Under the pieces are notes generated by a model, which had not been told where the DNA came from, did no database searches, and saw only the letters and a list, made by a program, of their open reading frames with translations. A DNA stretch of 64,000 bases, from the NCBI GenBank assembly GCA_965214705.1, contig CBDCCI010000002.1, positions 1,504,001 to 1,568,000 of the forward strand, given 5' to 3'. This stretch comes from Alphaproteobacteria bacterium (GTDB taxonomy: Bacteria; Pseudomonadota; Alphaproteobacteria; UBA828). Every line of letters starts with the position of its first letter. Position 1 is the first letter of the stretch. Positions 38,473 through 47,755 of this stretch are shown here, piece by piece. The position numbers and the translations under genes were made by a program.

Positions 38473-39729
38473 ATGTCAAACGACACGCTGCTTGAACGCC
38501 GGCACCGGCTGCTGGGTGCCGGCGCGCCGCTCTTCTACGACCGTCCGCTCCACCTGGTGAAAGGGGAGGGGGTCCGGGTCTGGGACAGCGACGGGCGGGT
38601 CTACCTCGACGCCTACAACAACGTGCCCCACGTCGGCCACTGCCATCCCCATGTGGTGGAGGCGCTGGCGAATCAGGCCGGTCGGCTCAATCTCTCCACC
38701 CGCTATCTGGACGAGCGCATCCTCGACTACGGCGAGGCCCTGACGGCTACGTTTGCGGACGAGCTCTCCCGCGTCTCGTTGGTCTGCTCGGGCACCGAGG
38801 CCAGCGAGCTCGCGCTCAGAATGGCCCGCGCCTGCACGGGCAACGAGGGCGTCATCGTCACCGACTTCTGCTACCACGGGAACTCCGCCGTGGTCGCCGG
38901 GCTCTGCACTGCGTTCGCGATGCCCGAGGGCATCGACCCCAGGGTGCGCACGATCAGGGTGCCCGAGGCCGACGACGACCCGGCCGAGGCGGCGGCCGAG
39001 GTGGAGGCGGCCATCGCCTCGATGGCCGAGGCCGGCATGAAGCCCGCCGCGATCTTTTTCGACACGATATTCGCGACCGAGGGCATGCCGGCCGTGCCCG
39101 TGGGTTACGTCGAGCAGGCCGTCGCGCTCACCCGCCAAGCAGGTGGGCTCTACATCGCGGACGAGGTGCAGCCGGGCCTTGGGCGCACGGGCGCCGGGAT
39201 GTGGGGGCATCAGCTCTACGACGCCGTGCCTGACCTCGTGACCCTCGGCAAGCCGCTCGGCAACGGCCATCCGCTCGCGGGCGTCGTCGCCCGGCCTGAC
39301 CTGATCGACGATTTCGCGGACAGGGCGATGTACTTCAACACCTTCGGCGGCAACCCGGTCTCCTGTGCGGTGGGGCATGCGGTGCTGGAGGTGGTCGAGC
39401 AGGAACGCCTGATGGAGAACGCGCGCAAGGTCGGCGAGCACCTGCAGGAGGGGCTGCTGGCTCTCGGCAACAAGCACGCCATGATCGGCGCGCCGCGCGG
39501 GCGGGGGTTCTTCACGGGCGTTCCGTTCTTCGCCGACGGGGACAGGGAAACGCCGGCGCCGGACCTGACCAAGGCCGCCGTGAACGGGATGCGCGATCGC
39601 GGCGTGCTGATCAGCCGCACCGGCCGGCACGATCACGTGCTCAAGATTCGCCCGCCCATGCCGTTCTCCGCCGCCGACGCGGATCAGCTTCTCGCCGCTC
39701 TCGACGAAACCCTCGATTCGCTCGTGTGA
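38473..39729 (+). CDS. Class III PLP enzyme, AGXT2L/phospho-lyase-like
   Basis: YLDAYNNVPHVGHCHP, ADEVQPG.GRTG, TLGKPLGNGHP, FNTFGGNP, LKIRPP. Confidence 0.88.
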   Translation: MSNDTLLERRHRLLGAGAPLFYDRPLHLVKGEGVRVWDSDGRVYLDAYNNVPHVGHCHPHVVEALANQAGRLNLSTRYLDERILDYGEALTATFADELSRVSLVCSGTEASELALRMARACTGNEGVIVTDFCYHGNSAVVAGLCTAFAMPEGIDPRVRTIRVPEADDDPAEAAAEVEAAIASMAEAGMKPAAIFFDTIFATEGMPAVPVGYVEQAVALTRQAGGLYIADEVQPGLGRTGAGMWGHQLYDAVPDLVTLGKPLGNGHPLAGVVARPDLIDDFADRAMYFNTFGGNPVSCAVGHAVLEVVEQERLMENARKVGEHLQEGLLALGNKHAMIGAPRGRGFFTGVPFFADGDRETPAPDLTKAAVNGMRDRGVLISRTGRHDHVLKIRPPMPFSAADADQLLAALDETLDSLV

Positions 39730-39739
39730 CCGGGCGCCA

Positions 39740-40759
39740 ATGACCGACTTCTATCGCCTGCCGCTCGATGAGCGGGCCGAACGCCTGCGCGGGCTTGCGG
39801 TCGAGGCTCTCCTCCGTTGGAGCGTGGAGGAATGCGAGCCCGAGATCGTCAAGTTTCGCGAGAACGCGATCTTCCGGGTGGTTTCAGCGGATGGGGACGA
39901 CGCCGTGCTCCGTGTTCACCGCCACGGCTACCACAGCGATGCGGCGCTCCGCTCCGAGCTTGCCTGGATGGAGGCGCTGCACGCCGAAGGCATCGACGCG
40001 CCGGCGGTGATCCCGAGCGCCGCCGGAGAGCGGTTCGAGACGGTGCAGACCGCAGGCGTGCCGGAGCCTCGCCAGGTGGACATGCTGACCTGGATGCCCG
40101 GTATCCCCATCGGCACCCTGGAGGAAGGCCTGAACCCGGCGATTGGAGACGTGCACGCGGCCTTCGCCGGAGTCGGCCGGCTTTGCGCCCGACTTCACAA
40201 TCAGGCCGAAGCGTGGCCGCTGCCGACGGGCTTCACCCGCCATGCCTGGGATCGCGACGGGCTCGTGGGCCCGGAGCCGCTTTGGGGCCGTTTCTGGGAA
40301 GCCGCCGTGCTCGGCGCCGAGGAGCGCCGCCTGATCGATCGGGCCCGCACCAGCGTCCACGATGCGCTGACGGTCTACGGCCGCTCTCCGCGCCGCTATG
40401 GCTTGATTCACGCAGACTTCAACCTCGACAACATGCTGCTCGACGGCGATCGGGTGATCCCCCTCGACTTCGATGATTGCGGCTTCGGCTGGCACCTCTT
40501 CGACCTGGTGACGGTCTGGACGATGTTTCACGGCAGCGATCTGGCTGAGGCCATCCACGCAGGGGTCGTCGAGGGCTATCGCCGCCACCGCGCCCTGCCG
40601 GACGAGGAGCTCGCCCACTTTCCGCTCTTCGAGCTTGCGCGCGCCTTCAGCTACCTCGGCTGGGTTCACACGCGGTCGGAAACCGCAAGCGCGCAAAGCT
40701 TGGCGCCCGAAGTCGCCGAGCTCGCATGCACGCTGGCGGAGGAATATCTTCGCGGATAA
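39740..40759 (+). CDS. APH-family phosphotransferase (type II homoserine kinase / amino-alcohol kinase-like)
   Basis: RENAIFRV, LRVHR, IHADFNLDN, LDFDDCGFGW. Confidence 0.85.
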   Translation: MTDFYRLPLDERAERLRGLAVEALLRWSVEECEPEIVKFRENAIFRVVSADGDDAVLRVHRHGYHSDAALRSELAWMEALHAEGIDAPAVIPSAAGERFETVQTAGVPEPRQVDMLTWMPGIPIGTLEEGLNPAIGDVHAAFAGVGRLCARLHNQAEAWPLPTGFTRHAWDRDGLVGPEPLWGRFWEAAVLGAEERRLIDRARTSVHDALTVYGRSPRRYGLIHADFNLDNMLLDGDRVIPLDFDDCGFGWHLFDLVTVWTMFHGSDLAEAIHAGVVEGYRRHRALPDEELAHFPLFELARAFSYLGWVHTRSETASAQSLAPEVAELACTLAEEYLRG

Positions 40760-40768
40760 CCGGCCGGC

Positions 40769-41884
40769 TTACGGGAAGAGCGTGAGCACGCCGGTGTAGC
40801 CGTAGAGCCGGTTGTGCGATATCTCGCCGTTACAGAAGAAGCCTACCAGCGGCACGTCGCCGAGAGTTCGTTCAATCAGCCGCAGTTCCTCGGACGTTTC
40901 GCCGAACATGTTGGGGCCGCGGGCGAGACAGCTGATGTAGAGGGCGCCACGCGGCTCGGCACCGGCCCGGCGCTTTACCGACTCCACCATGCGGCCGAGA
41001 TCGTGCTCTGCGGCGGCCGCGTCCCGGCGGCAGAACTGAACCTGAGTGCCGCGCTCCACCAGCTCGCCGATGCCGATCAGCCCCCGGTCGACGTCGAAGC
41101 CCACGATGTTGCGCACCAGATAGTCGCCAGTATCGCTGCCCGAGACCGGCAGGGAGGCGAAGATGAGGCCGCCGACCCGACGCAGGTCGCTGGCGAGCTC
41201 CTCGCCGATCTCCTCCTTGAAAATCTCCAGCGCCGGTCGGCCGTTGAGCTCGATCAGGATGTTGGCCCGGCAGTCGGTGATCTCGTGGATCGCGCCGATG
41301 GGCATGCAGCTCTGGCTGAGCGCGGTGGCGACGGCGACGGTGTCCGACAGGAGGACGCCGGAGAGCCCGCCCTCGGTAACGCCGCCTGCAATTTGCGCGG
41401 GCACGGCGCGCGACGACGAGAGCCCGCCGACCAGGAAGCCGTCCAGCTCGTCGGCGAGATCCGCGACGATATCGCCCGTACGCTGGTTGCGCGGGTCGGC
41501 GTGAACGATGCCGAAGTGTGCGGGCGCGCGGGCAATCCACGCGCCGTTCGAGCGGCTGAACTCGCCCAGGTCGTCGCGGATGGTCTCGAAGACTCGATAG
41601 CTCTGCTGGTCGAGGTCGGCGATCATGACCGCTGCGGCGGGCTCGTCGAAATACTCTCGCCCGGTGGCGCAGATGCCGATGCCGACCGAGCCCACCCACT
41701 CGTCGATGCCGGTCGCGCGCTTGAGGCGGTCCAGCCCGGCGGGCAGATGATCGCCGATCGAGTCGGTCACGTAGAGCATGCCGAGGCCCTGCTGCGGCAG
41801 TGTCGGCCCGAGCCGCTGGATGCAGGCTTCGATGGCGGCTTCGCCGGTCGGCCCGCCGGCGTGGGCGAAATGAAATCGGGTCAT
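40769..41884 (-). CDS. FIST domain sensory protein
   Basis: VGIGIC, GGLSS, SQSC.PIG, DYLVRN, SCLARG, GFFCNGEI..LYGYT. Confidence 0.9.
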   Translation of the reverse strand: MTRFHFAHAGGPTGEAAIEACIQRLGPTLPQQGLGMLYVTDSIGDHLPAGLDRLKRATGIDEWVGSVGIGICATGREYFDEPAAAVMIADLDQQSYRVFETIRDDLGEFSRSNGAWIARAPAHFGIVHADPRNQRTGDIVADLADELDGFLVGGLSSSRAVPAQIAGGVTEGGLSGVLLSDTVAVATALSQSCMPIGAIHEITDCRANILIELNGRPALEIFKEEIGEELASDLRRVGGLIFASLPVSGSDTGDYLVRNIVGFDVDRGLIGIGELVERGTQVQFCRRDAAAAEHDLGRMVESVKRRAGAEPRGALYISCLARGPNMFGETSEELRLIERTLGDVPLVGFFCNGEISHNRLYGYTGVLTLFP

Positions 41885-41923
41885 CCTCTGCGTCCCGGCG
41901 CTGTGGCGCAGCTAATGGTGCGC

Positions 41924-43270
41924 TTACTCGCCCGCTTCCTGCAAGCGGGCGCCGCACCACGCCGCCGCGCGCAGCGTCGTCGCATCGGCGCCGAAGCGCC
42001 CCACGACCTGAAGGCCGAGCGGCAGCCCATCCAACGCGAGGACGGGAACATTGACCGCAGGCGCGCCGAGCATGGTCCAGAGCATGGTCTGCAGGCGGCT
42101 GCCGGTGAAGGCTAGGCCCTCGGGCGCAGCACCCGGCGCGGCGGGGGTGAGCACTGCATCGTAGGGCCGCATCGCATGCTCGAACGCGCGCCGCATGGTG
42201 TCCGCCGCGTCGAGCAGAGCGAGATAGCCGTCGGCATCGATCTCCCGGCCCGCTTCGATATGGGCGCGTATGGTGTTGGAAAGGTCTGTGGCGCCCCGTT
42301 CGTACCAGGGGGCAAGGGCGTGGGCGACCTCGCGCCGCATGATGCCGAGGTGCACCGCCGCCGCGTCGTCGAAGGGAGAGCCGAGGATGAGCGGCGCCGC
42401 GCCGCAGGCTGCCGCGGCGGCTTCGAGGGCTGCCGCGGCGCCCGGCTCGACCTCCTCCCAGGCCGGCTGTCTGATGAAGGCAAGCCGGGGCCGCCCGAGA
42501 GGCAGAGCGAGGGCGGCGGAGAGGCGGGTCGGCGCGCGCCCGGCGCTTGCCAAATCCACCCCATCGTCTCCGGAAATCGCGTCGATGCCGAGCGCCACGT
42601 CCTGCACCGAGCCCGCGAGCACGCCGACGTGGTCCAGCGTGCGCGACAGCCGCGTGATCCCGGTGCGCGGGATCGCGCCGAAGCTCGGCTTCATGCCCCA
42701 GACGCCGCAGAAGGTCGCAGGCCGCACGACCGAGCCGGCAGTCTGGGTGCCGAGCGCCAGCGGCACGCCGCCGGCCGCCACGGTGGCTGCCGAGCCTGAA
42801 GAAGAGCCGCCCGGCGTGCGTGCTGGATCGTGGGGGTTGCGGGTGGCGTTGGCGGCACCGCAGGCAAGCTCGGTGGTCACGGTCTTGCCGAGGATCAGCG
42901 CGCCCGCCGCGCGCAGCCGGCGCACAACCGTGGCATCCGCGCTTGGCCTGCGTCCTTTGTCGAGCGGCGTGCCGTTCTCGGTCGGCTGGTCGGCGGTATC
43001 GATGATGTCCTTGACGGCCACCGGAACGCCCGCGAGCAACCCGCGCGCGCCGGCAGCGTCGATCGCTTGTGCCCGCGCCGCAGCCTCGGCGGGGTCGAGA
43101 TGGCACCACGCCCGAACCGCAGACTCGGTCGCGGCAACGCGGTCCAGCGCCGCAGCACAGGCCACCGCCGTGCTCTCGCGCCCGGCCCGCACCATGGCCG
43201 CGATCTCCTCCGCGCTCGGGCATTGCGGCAGCGCGGGCGCCGCCGATTCTCTCCTGTCGGTCGTCGTCAT
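41924..43270 (-). CDS. Amidase signature family enzyme
   Basis: VKDII, GKTVTTE, PGGSSSGS, GTQTAGSVVRPA (Ser-cisSer-Lys). Confidence 0.9.
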   Translation of the reverse strand: MTTTDRRESAAPALPQCPSAEEIAAMVRAGRESTAVACAAALDRVAATESAVRAWCHLDPAEAAARAQAIDAAGARGLLAGVPVAVKDIIDTADQPTENGTPLDKGRRPSADATVVRRLRAAGALILGKTVTTELACGAANATRNPHDPARTPGGSSSGSAATVAAGGVPLALGTQTAGSVVRPATFCGVWGMKPSFGAIPRTGITRLSRTLDHVGVLAGSVQDVALGIDAISGDDGVDLASAGRAPTRLSAALALPLGRPRLAFIRQPAWEEVEPGAAAALEAAAAACGAAPLILGSPFDDAAAVHLGIMRREVAHALAPWYERGATDLSNTIRAHIEAGREIDADGYLALLDAADTMRRAFEHAMRPYDAVLTPAAPGAAPEGLAFTGSRLQTMLWTMLGAPAVNVPVLALDGLPLGLQVVGRFGADATTLRAAAWCGARLQEAGE

Positions 43271-43371
43271 GGTCTGCTCACGTGTGTGGTCCAGTCCCCG
43301 TTCTCGCCGTCCGGCCCCCGGCGCTCTGCCGTTGCTTGGCAAGCATAGCGGGCAGGGCTATAAGCCGACGC

Positions 43372-44409
43372 ATGCTTGTCACCTTGGTTGACGACTCTAT
43401 CCCATTCAACGGGATGACCCCGGCATATCAACCCATCGGTGGCGCCGAAAAGGCGTTCGCCAGCTTGCCGGCGGCGCTCGCGCGCCAGGGCCACGTCGTG
43501 CGCGCCGTCAACCGCAGCCCCAACAGCCTCGGCTTCGAGAACGTGAGCTGGATCCACTGGGAGGGCCGCAAGCCGCCGATCACCGAGGTGCTGATCGCCT
43601 TTCGCAAGCCGGCGCTGCTCGAGTTCACGCGGGCAACGCGGGCGCGCATCCTCTGGGTCACCGGGCCGCCCGACTATCTCCACCGGCCACCGGTTCACGA
43701 GGTGCTGAACCGCACGGATGCCAAGCTCGTATTCTTGGGCAATACCCATTCCGAAGCCTATCGGACCCAGGGCGAGAACCTGGTCTACTACCGCTCGATC
43801 ACGCCAGGTGTGCGCGAGGAATACCGCAGCAAAACCGAGATGTCGCCGGAGGATCCGCCGACTGCGGTGGTCACGACCCACCCCAAGCATGATCTCGACT
43901 GGCTGCTCGACTTGTGGACCGAGCGGATTCGCCCGCAGGCGCCGAACGCCCAGTTGCAGGTCTATTCGGCCGCCTTCAAGCGCGCCGAGACCGCCGGTGA
44001 CGCTCTCGCCGACGATCTCAAGCCGATTTACGAGAAGGCGCGCGCCGGCGCCGACCACGGTGTGACGATCATGGCCCCGGCCGGCGACCGGGACATGGCG
44101 AAGGCCTACGCCAGGGCCAGGGTGCACCTCTATCCCGGCTCCGAACGCGAGATGTATTGCTCGACGCTGGCGGAATCGCAGGCCGTGGGCTTGCCTGCGG
44201 TGGCTCGGCCGGTCGGTTCCGTGAAAGAACGCTTCACCGATCGTCAGTCGGGCTTTCTTGCGCCCGACGACGATGCCTTCGTCGAGAACGCGCTGGCCAT
44301 GTTGAAGGACGACGAGGCCTTCCAGGCAGCGAGCAAGACCGCCACCCGGAGCGGCCGGGGACGAAGCTGGGATGCCGCGGCCACCGAGTTCGAAACGCTC
44401 TTCCGGTGA
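43372..44409 (+). CDS. Glycosyltransferase, GT-B fold (GT4-like)
   Basis: IGGAE N-terminal loop; EMYCSTLAE (E-x7-E) followed by GLP. Confidence 0.8.
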   Translation: MLVTLVDDSIPFNGMTPAYQPIGGAEKAFASLPAALARQGHVVRAVNRSPNSLGFENVSWIHWEGRKPPITEVLIAFRKPALLEFTRATRARILWVTGPPDYLHRPPVHEVLNRTDAKLVFLGNTHSEAYRTQGENLVYYRSITPGVREEYRSKTEMSPEDPPTAVVTTHPKHDLDWLLDLWTERIRPQAPNAQLQVYSAAFKRAETAGDALADDLKPIYEKARAGADHGVTIMAPAGDRDMAKAYARARVHLYPGSEREMYCSTLAESQAVGLPAVARPVGSVKERFTDRQSGFLAPDDDAFVENALAMLKDDEAFQAASKTATRSGRGRSWDAAATEFETLFR

Positions 44410-44464
44410 AGAGTTCCTTCATCGCCGCGACATGAAGGGGTGACGCGGACCTTTAGAAGCGTTG

Positions 44465-46198
44465 ATGGCCCGCCCGGACGACGCTGTCGCATTCGTGGTG
44501 CCGGTCTACAACAAGGCGCGCTGGCTGCCGAGCGTCTTGGAGCAGATCGCTGCGCAGCGCGGGAGCTTCGCCCGCGAATACATCTTCGTCGATGACGGCA
44601 GCACCGACGGGTCGCTGTCGGTCCTGAAGCGCCACACCGCGGGCTGGCGCAACATTACGATCGTCGAACAGGCGAACCACGGGCCGGCACACGCCACGAA
44701 CCGGGGCATTGAAAGGGCGACGGCGCCCTTCATCAAGCTCTGTGACGCCGACGACCTGCTGGCCGACGACGCGACGGCGGTGTTGCTGGACGCTCTGCGC
44801 CGGGACGAGAGGCCGGTTCTCGCCTATGGCGGCGGCGAGGACTTCGATGACGAAGTGGATATCGTCCTGAACGCCCCGCTCGCGGGCGCCCCTGCCGCCG
44901 TGATCGCGCGGCCGCTCAGGCCGACGCTCAGGCGCAAATTCTTCGGGCCGGCCCAGTGCCTCATTCGGACCGCTGCGGCCCGAGACTGCGGTGGCTGCGA
45001 CGAGCGCATTCCCTTCGCGCAGGACTATACGCTGGCACTCAGGCTGGCGGGGCAGGGGCCGTTCCTCCGCGTGCAGGCCACGGTCGCGTTCTTTCCGCGC
45101 GATGTGCCGGACCGGCTGAGTGCGGACACACCCCGTGAGTTACGCGATTCGACGACGACCCTCGCGCGTTTTGTCGAAGACCGACCGCGGCTGCCGTGGC
45201 GTCACAAGCAGTTCGCGTGCCGGCGGGCCGCAGGCCGGTGCCGCCGCTTCGCCGCCCGCAGCGGGGCAGGCACGGGTGCACTGCGGCGCGGGAACGCACT
45301 CTACCGGCGCAGCCACCTGCCGATCATGCGCAATCATGCGGCATTCATCGAGCGCTGTACCGAAGTCATCGCGACGAGCGCGGGCACGGCGGGGCCATCG
45401 GCGCGCCCTCGCCTCTCGGCCCTTGTGGTCGCGCGCAACGAGGAAGGTCAGCTCGCGGACTGTCTGGAGACGCTACGCTTCGCCGACGAGATCGTGGTGG
45501 TGCTCGACCGCTGCACCGACTGCTCGCGGGCGATCGCGGAGCGCTTCTGCAGGACGATCGTCGAGGGCGCCTGGCCGCTCGAAGGACCGCGCCGCCATGC
45601 CGGTATCGATGCCTGCACGGGAGACTGGATTCTGGAGGTCGATGCCGACGAGCGGGTGCCCGAGGCGCTGGCGCGGGAGATCCGCGAGACCATCCGCGAT
45701 GCGGCGCCGGGCTACTTCATGGTTCCGTTCGAGAACTTCGTCGGGGGGCGGCTGGTGCGCCACGGCTGGGGCGGCGTGTGGGGGGTCACGAAGACCGCGC
45801 GTCTCTTCACCCCCGGTGCCAAGCAATGGAGCGATCAACGCATCCACCCGCGGGTCGCTCTGCAAGGGCCGGAGCGCCGCTTGAAGGCGGCCATGCATCA
45901 CTACGTCGACCGGGATTTTGCTGACATGGTGGTGCGGCTGCAGCGCTACACCGACGCCCACGCTGCCGACCTGCGGGACTCCGCCGCGTCCTTGCCGCCG
46001 TTGATCTGGACGTTCCGCCGCTCGCTCTCGCGCTTCCTGAAGTGCTACGTGAGCCGGCGCGGCTATCGAGAGGGGCGATTGGGATTCGCCATCGCGCTCA
46101 TGGCCGCGCTCTATCCATTGCTTTCACACCTCAAGGCCGAGCTGGACGGGCGGGCCGCCGAGGAGGGGGTTCCTCCCGTCGGACAAGGCCCTACATGA
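44465..46198 (+). CDS. Fusion of two GT2 glycosyltransferase domains
   Basis: Domain 1 VPVYN, DDGSTD, DADD; domain 2 ARNEE, DEIVVV, VDADE (WaaE/KdtX-like). Confidence 0.82.
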   Translation: MARPDDAVAFVVPVYNKARWLPSVLEQIAAQRGSFAREYIFVDDGSTDGSLSVLKRHTAGWRNITIVEQANHGPAHATNRGIERATAPFIKLCDADDLLADDATAVLLDALRRDERPVLAYGGGEDFDDEVDIVLNAPLAGAPAAVIARPLRPTLRRKFFGPAQCLIRTAAARDCGGCDERIPFAQDYTLALRLAGQGPFLRVQATVAFFPRDVPDRLSADTPRELRDSTTTLARFVEDRPRLPWRHKQFACRRAAGRCRRFAARSGAGTGALRRGNALYRRSHLPIMRNHAAFIERCTEVIATSAGTAGPSARPRLSALVVARNEEGQLADCLETLRFADEIVVVLDRCTDCSRAIAERFCRTIVEGAWPLEGPRRHAGIDACTGDWILEVDADERVPEALAREIRETIRDAAPGYFMVPFENFVGGRLVRHGWGGVWGVTKTARLFTPGAKQWSDQRIHPRVALQGPERRLKAAMHHYVDRDFADMVVRLQRYTDAHAADLRDSAASLPPLIWTFRRSLSRFLKCYVSRRGYREGRLGFAIALMAALYPLLSHLKAELDGRAAEEGVPPVGQGPT

Positions 46199-46847
46199 CG
46201 CCGTATTTCTCCCAGGCCTCGGTGGTGGACAGGCCGCCCTCGATCTCCTGGGCGATGATGTTTTCCATGCGACGCTTCTCCAGCGCTTTCTCCACGCATT
46301 CGGCCGCGACGTCGCTCGGGACCACCAGCACGCCGTCGTCGTCGCCCACGATCAGGTCACCCGGCTGGACGGCGACCTCGGCGATGCGAACCGGCTCCCG
46401 ATAGGCGACCACCCGGCCTCGGCCGCGCTGGTCCTGCGCGTAGGAGCCGCGCGCGAAGACCGGCAGCGTCATGGCACGAATCTCCCGCGTATCGCGCATG
46501 TAACCGTCGAGCACAGCGCCTGCCGCGCCTTGCGCCAGCGCGCGGGTGGTCATCAGTTCGCCCCAGAGCGCGAAGGGAGGCGCCCCGGCCGCGGCGACGT
46601 AGACCTCGTCCTTCCCAAGAGAATCGAGGGCCTCGAACATCAGGCCGAAGCTGTGATCGTCCGGCGTTGCCGCGATCTCCAGCAGTGGCATCGCCCGGCC
46701 GACCAACGTGGTGCCGGACATGGCCGAGCAGATTTCGGGCGGCAGGAACTGATGGCGGCGGCCGAGAGTGTCCAGCACGTCCCCCAGTTGCGCGGTGGAA
46801 AGCTCGGCACGGACCTTCGCGAGAAGCGTGTCGGGAACCTGGGTCAT
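46191..46847 (-). CDS. RraA / HMG-aldolase family protein
   Basis: TAQLGDVLD, ALWGELM, DGYMRD, PGDLIVGDDDGV. Confidence 0.88.
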   Translation of the reverse strand: MTQVPDTLLAKVRAELSTAQLGDVLDTLGRRHQFLPPEICSAMSGTTLVGRAMPLLEIAATPDDHSFGLMFEALDSLGKDEVYVAAAGAPPFALWGELMTTRALAQGAAGAVLDGYMRDTREIRAMTLPVFARGSYAQDQRGRGRVVAYREPVRIAEVAVQPGDLIVGDDDGVLVVPSDVAAECVEKALEKRRMENIIAQEIEGGLSTTEAWEKYGVM

Positions 46848-47755
46848 GGTGTTTCTTCCTCCGGCTGGGTCGGGCGCGTGCGGTCGATCAGCGTCGCGAT
46901 GACGGGATGGTAGCGCGCGCCGAGCCCGCACTCGATGGCTTCGGTGAACAGCGCCTTGACCAGCGCTGCGCCCTCGGCGTCGACCCCCGACTCCTGCGCT
47001 AGATCAAGCGCGTAATCGAGGTCTTTCAGTGCGTAGGTGACGGGAAACGCGCCCTCGGGGAAGCGCCCTTCCAGCATCGCCTTCATGCCGTGATTGCGCA
47101 GCGCAAAACTGTCGCCTGAGCTGCGGCCCACCGCCTCCAGGAACGTCTGCGGCTCGATCCCCTGGCGGCGCGCGATTGTAAGCCCCTCCGCCAGTGCCCG
47201 CACGTTCTGGAAGAGGATCATGTTGTTCAGGATCTTCACCACCTGCCCGCTGCCGACCGGGCCGCAATGGGTCACGTCCTGCGCGATGTAGGCGAGTAGT
47301 GGGTGCAGGCGCTCCACCAGCGCAGCATCGCCGCCCACCATGATGCTGAGCGTACCGTCGATGGCGGCCTGGCGCGTGCGCGCGATCGGCGCATCGGCGA
47401 AGGCGATGCCGCGCGCGACGAAGGCGCTTTCGAGCTCGCGGGCGAGGGCAGGCGGCGCGGTGCTGGTATCGACCACGGTGCACCCGGTGGGGAGGTGGTC
47501 GATCAGGCCGCTTTCGCCGAGGCACACAGTCCGCACCTCGCGGCCCGAAGGGAGCGACATGAAGATCAGATCGGCCGCCTCGGCGAGCGCCGCGATGGAC
47601 GGAGCGACCCGCGCCCCGTCGGCGGCGAGCCGCTCCAGCGGCGCCGGGTCGAGGTCGTAGGCGGTGACCGGCCCGTCGTGCTTGCGCACGAGGTTGCGGC
47701 ACATGGGCTCGCCCATGACGCCCGTACCGATGAAGCCGACGCGGATGCCGCTCAC
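46844..47755 (-). CDS. Beta-hydroxyacid dehydrogenase family NAD(P)-dependent oxidoreductase
   Basis: GFIGTGVMG, DAPIAR, GSGQVVKILNN, LKDL. Confidence 0.9.
   Translation of the reverse strand: MSGIRVGFIGTGVMGEPMCRNLVRKHDGPVTAYDLDPAPLERLAADGARVAPSIAALAEAADLIFMSLPSGREVRTVCLGESGLIDHLPTGCTVVDTSTAPPALARELESAFVARGIAFADAPIARTRQAAIDGTLSIMVGGDAALVERLHPLLAYIAQDVTHCGPVGSGQVVKILNNMILFQNVRALAEGLTIARRQGIEPQTFLEAVGRSSGDSFALRNHGMKAMLEGRFPEGAFPVTYALKDLDYALDLAQESGVDAEGAALVKALFTEAIECGLGARYHPVIATLIDRTRPTQPEEETP

Noticed and set aside
40872-43223. 783-aa Arg-rich minus-strand ORF
   Set aside because: Alternate frame over the amidase and FIST genes; no domain motifs
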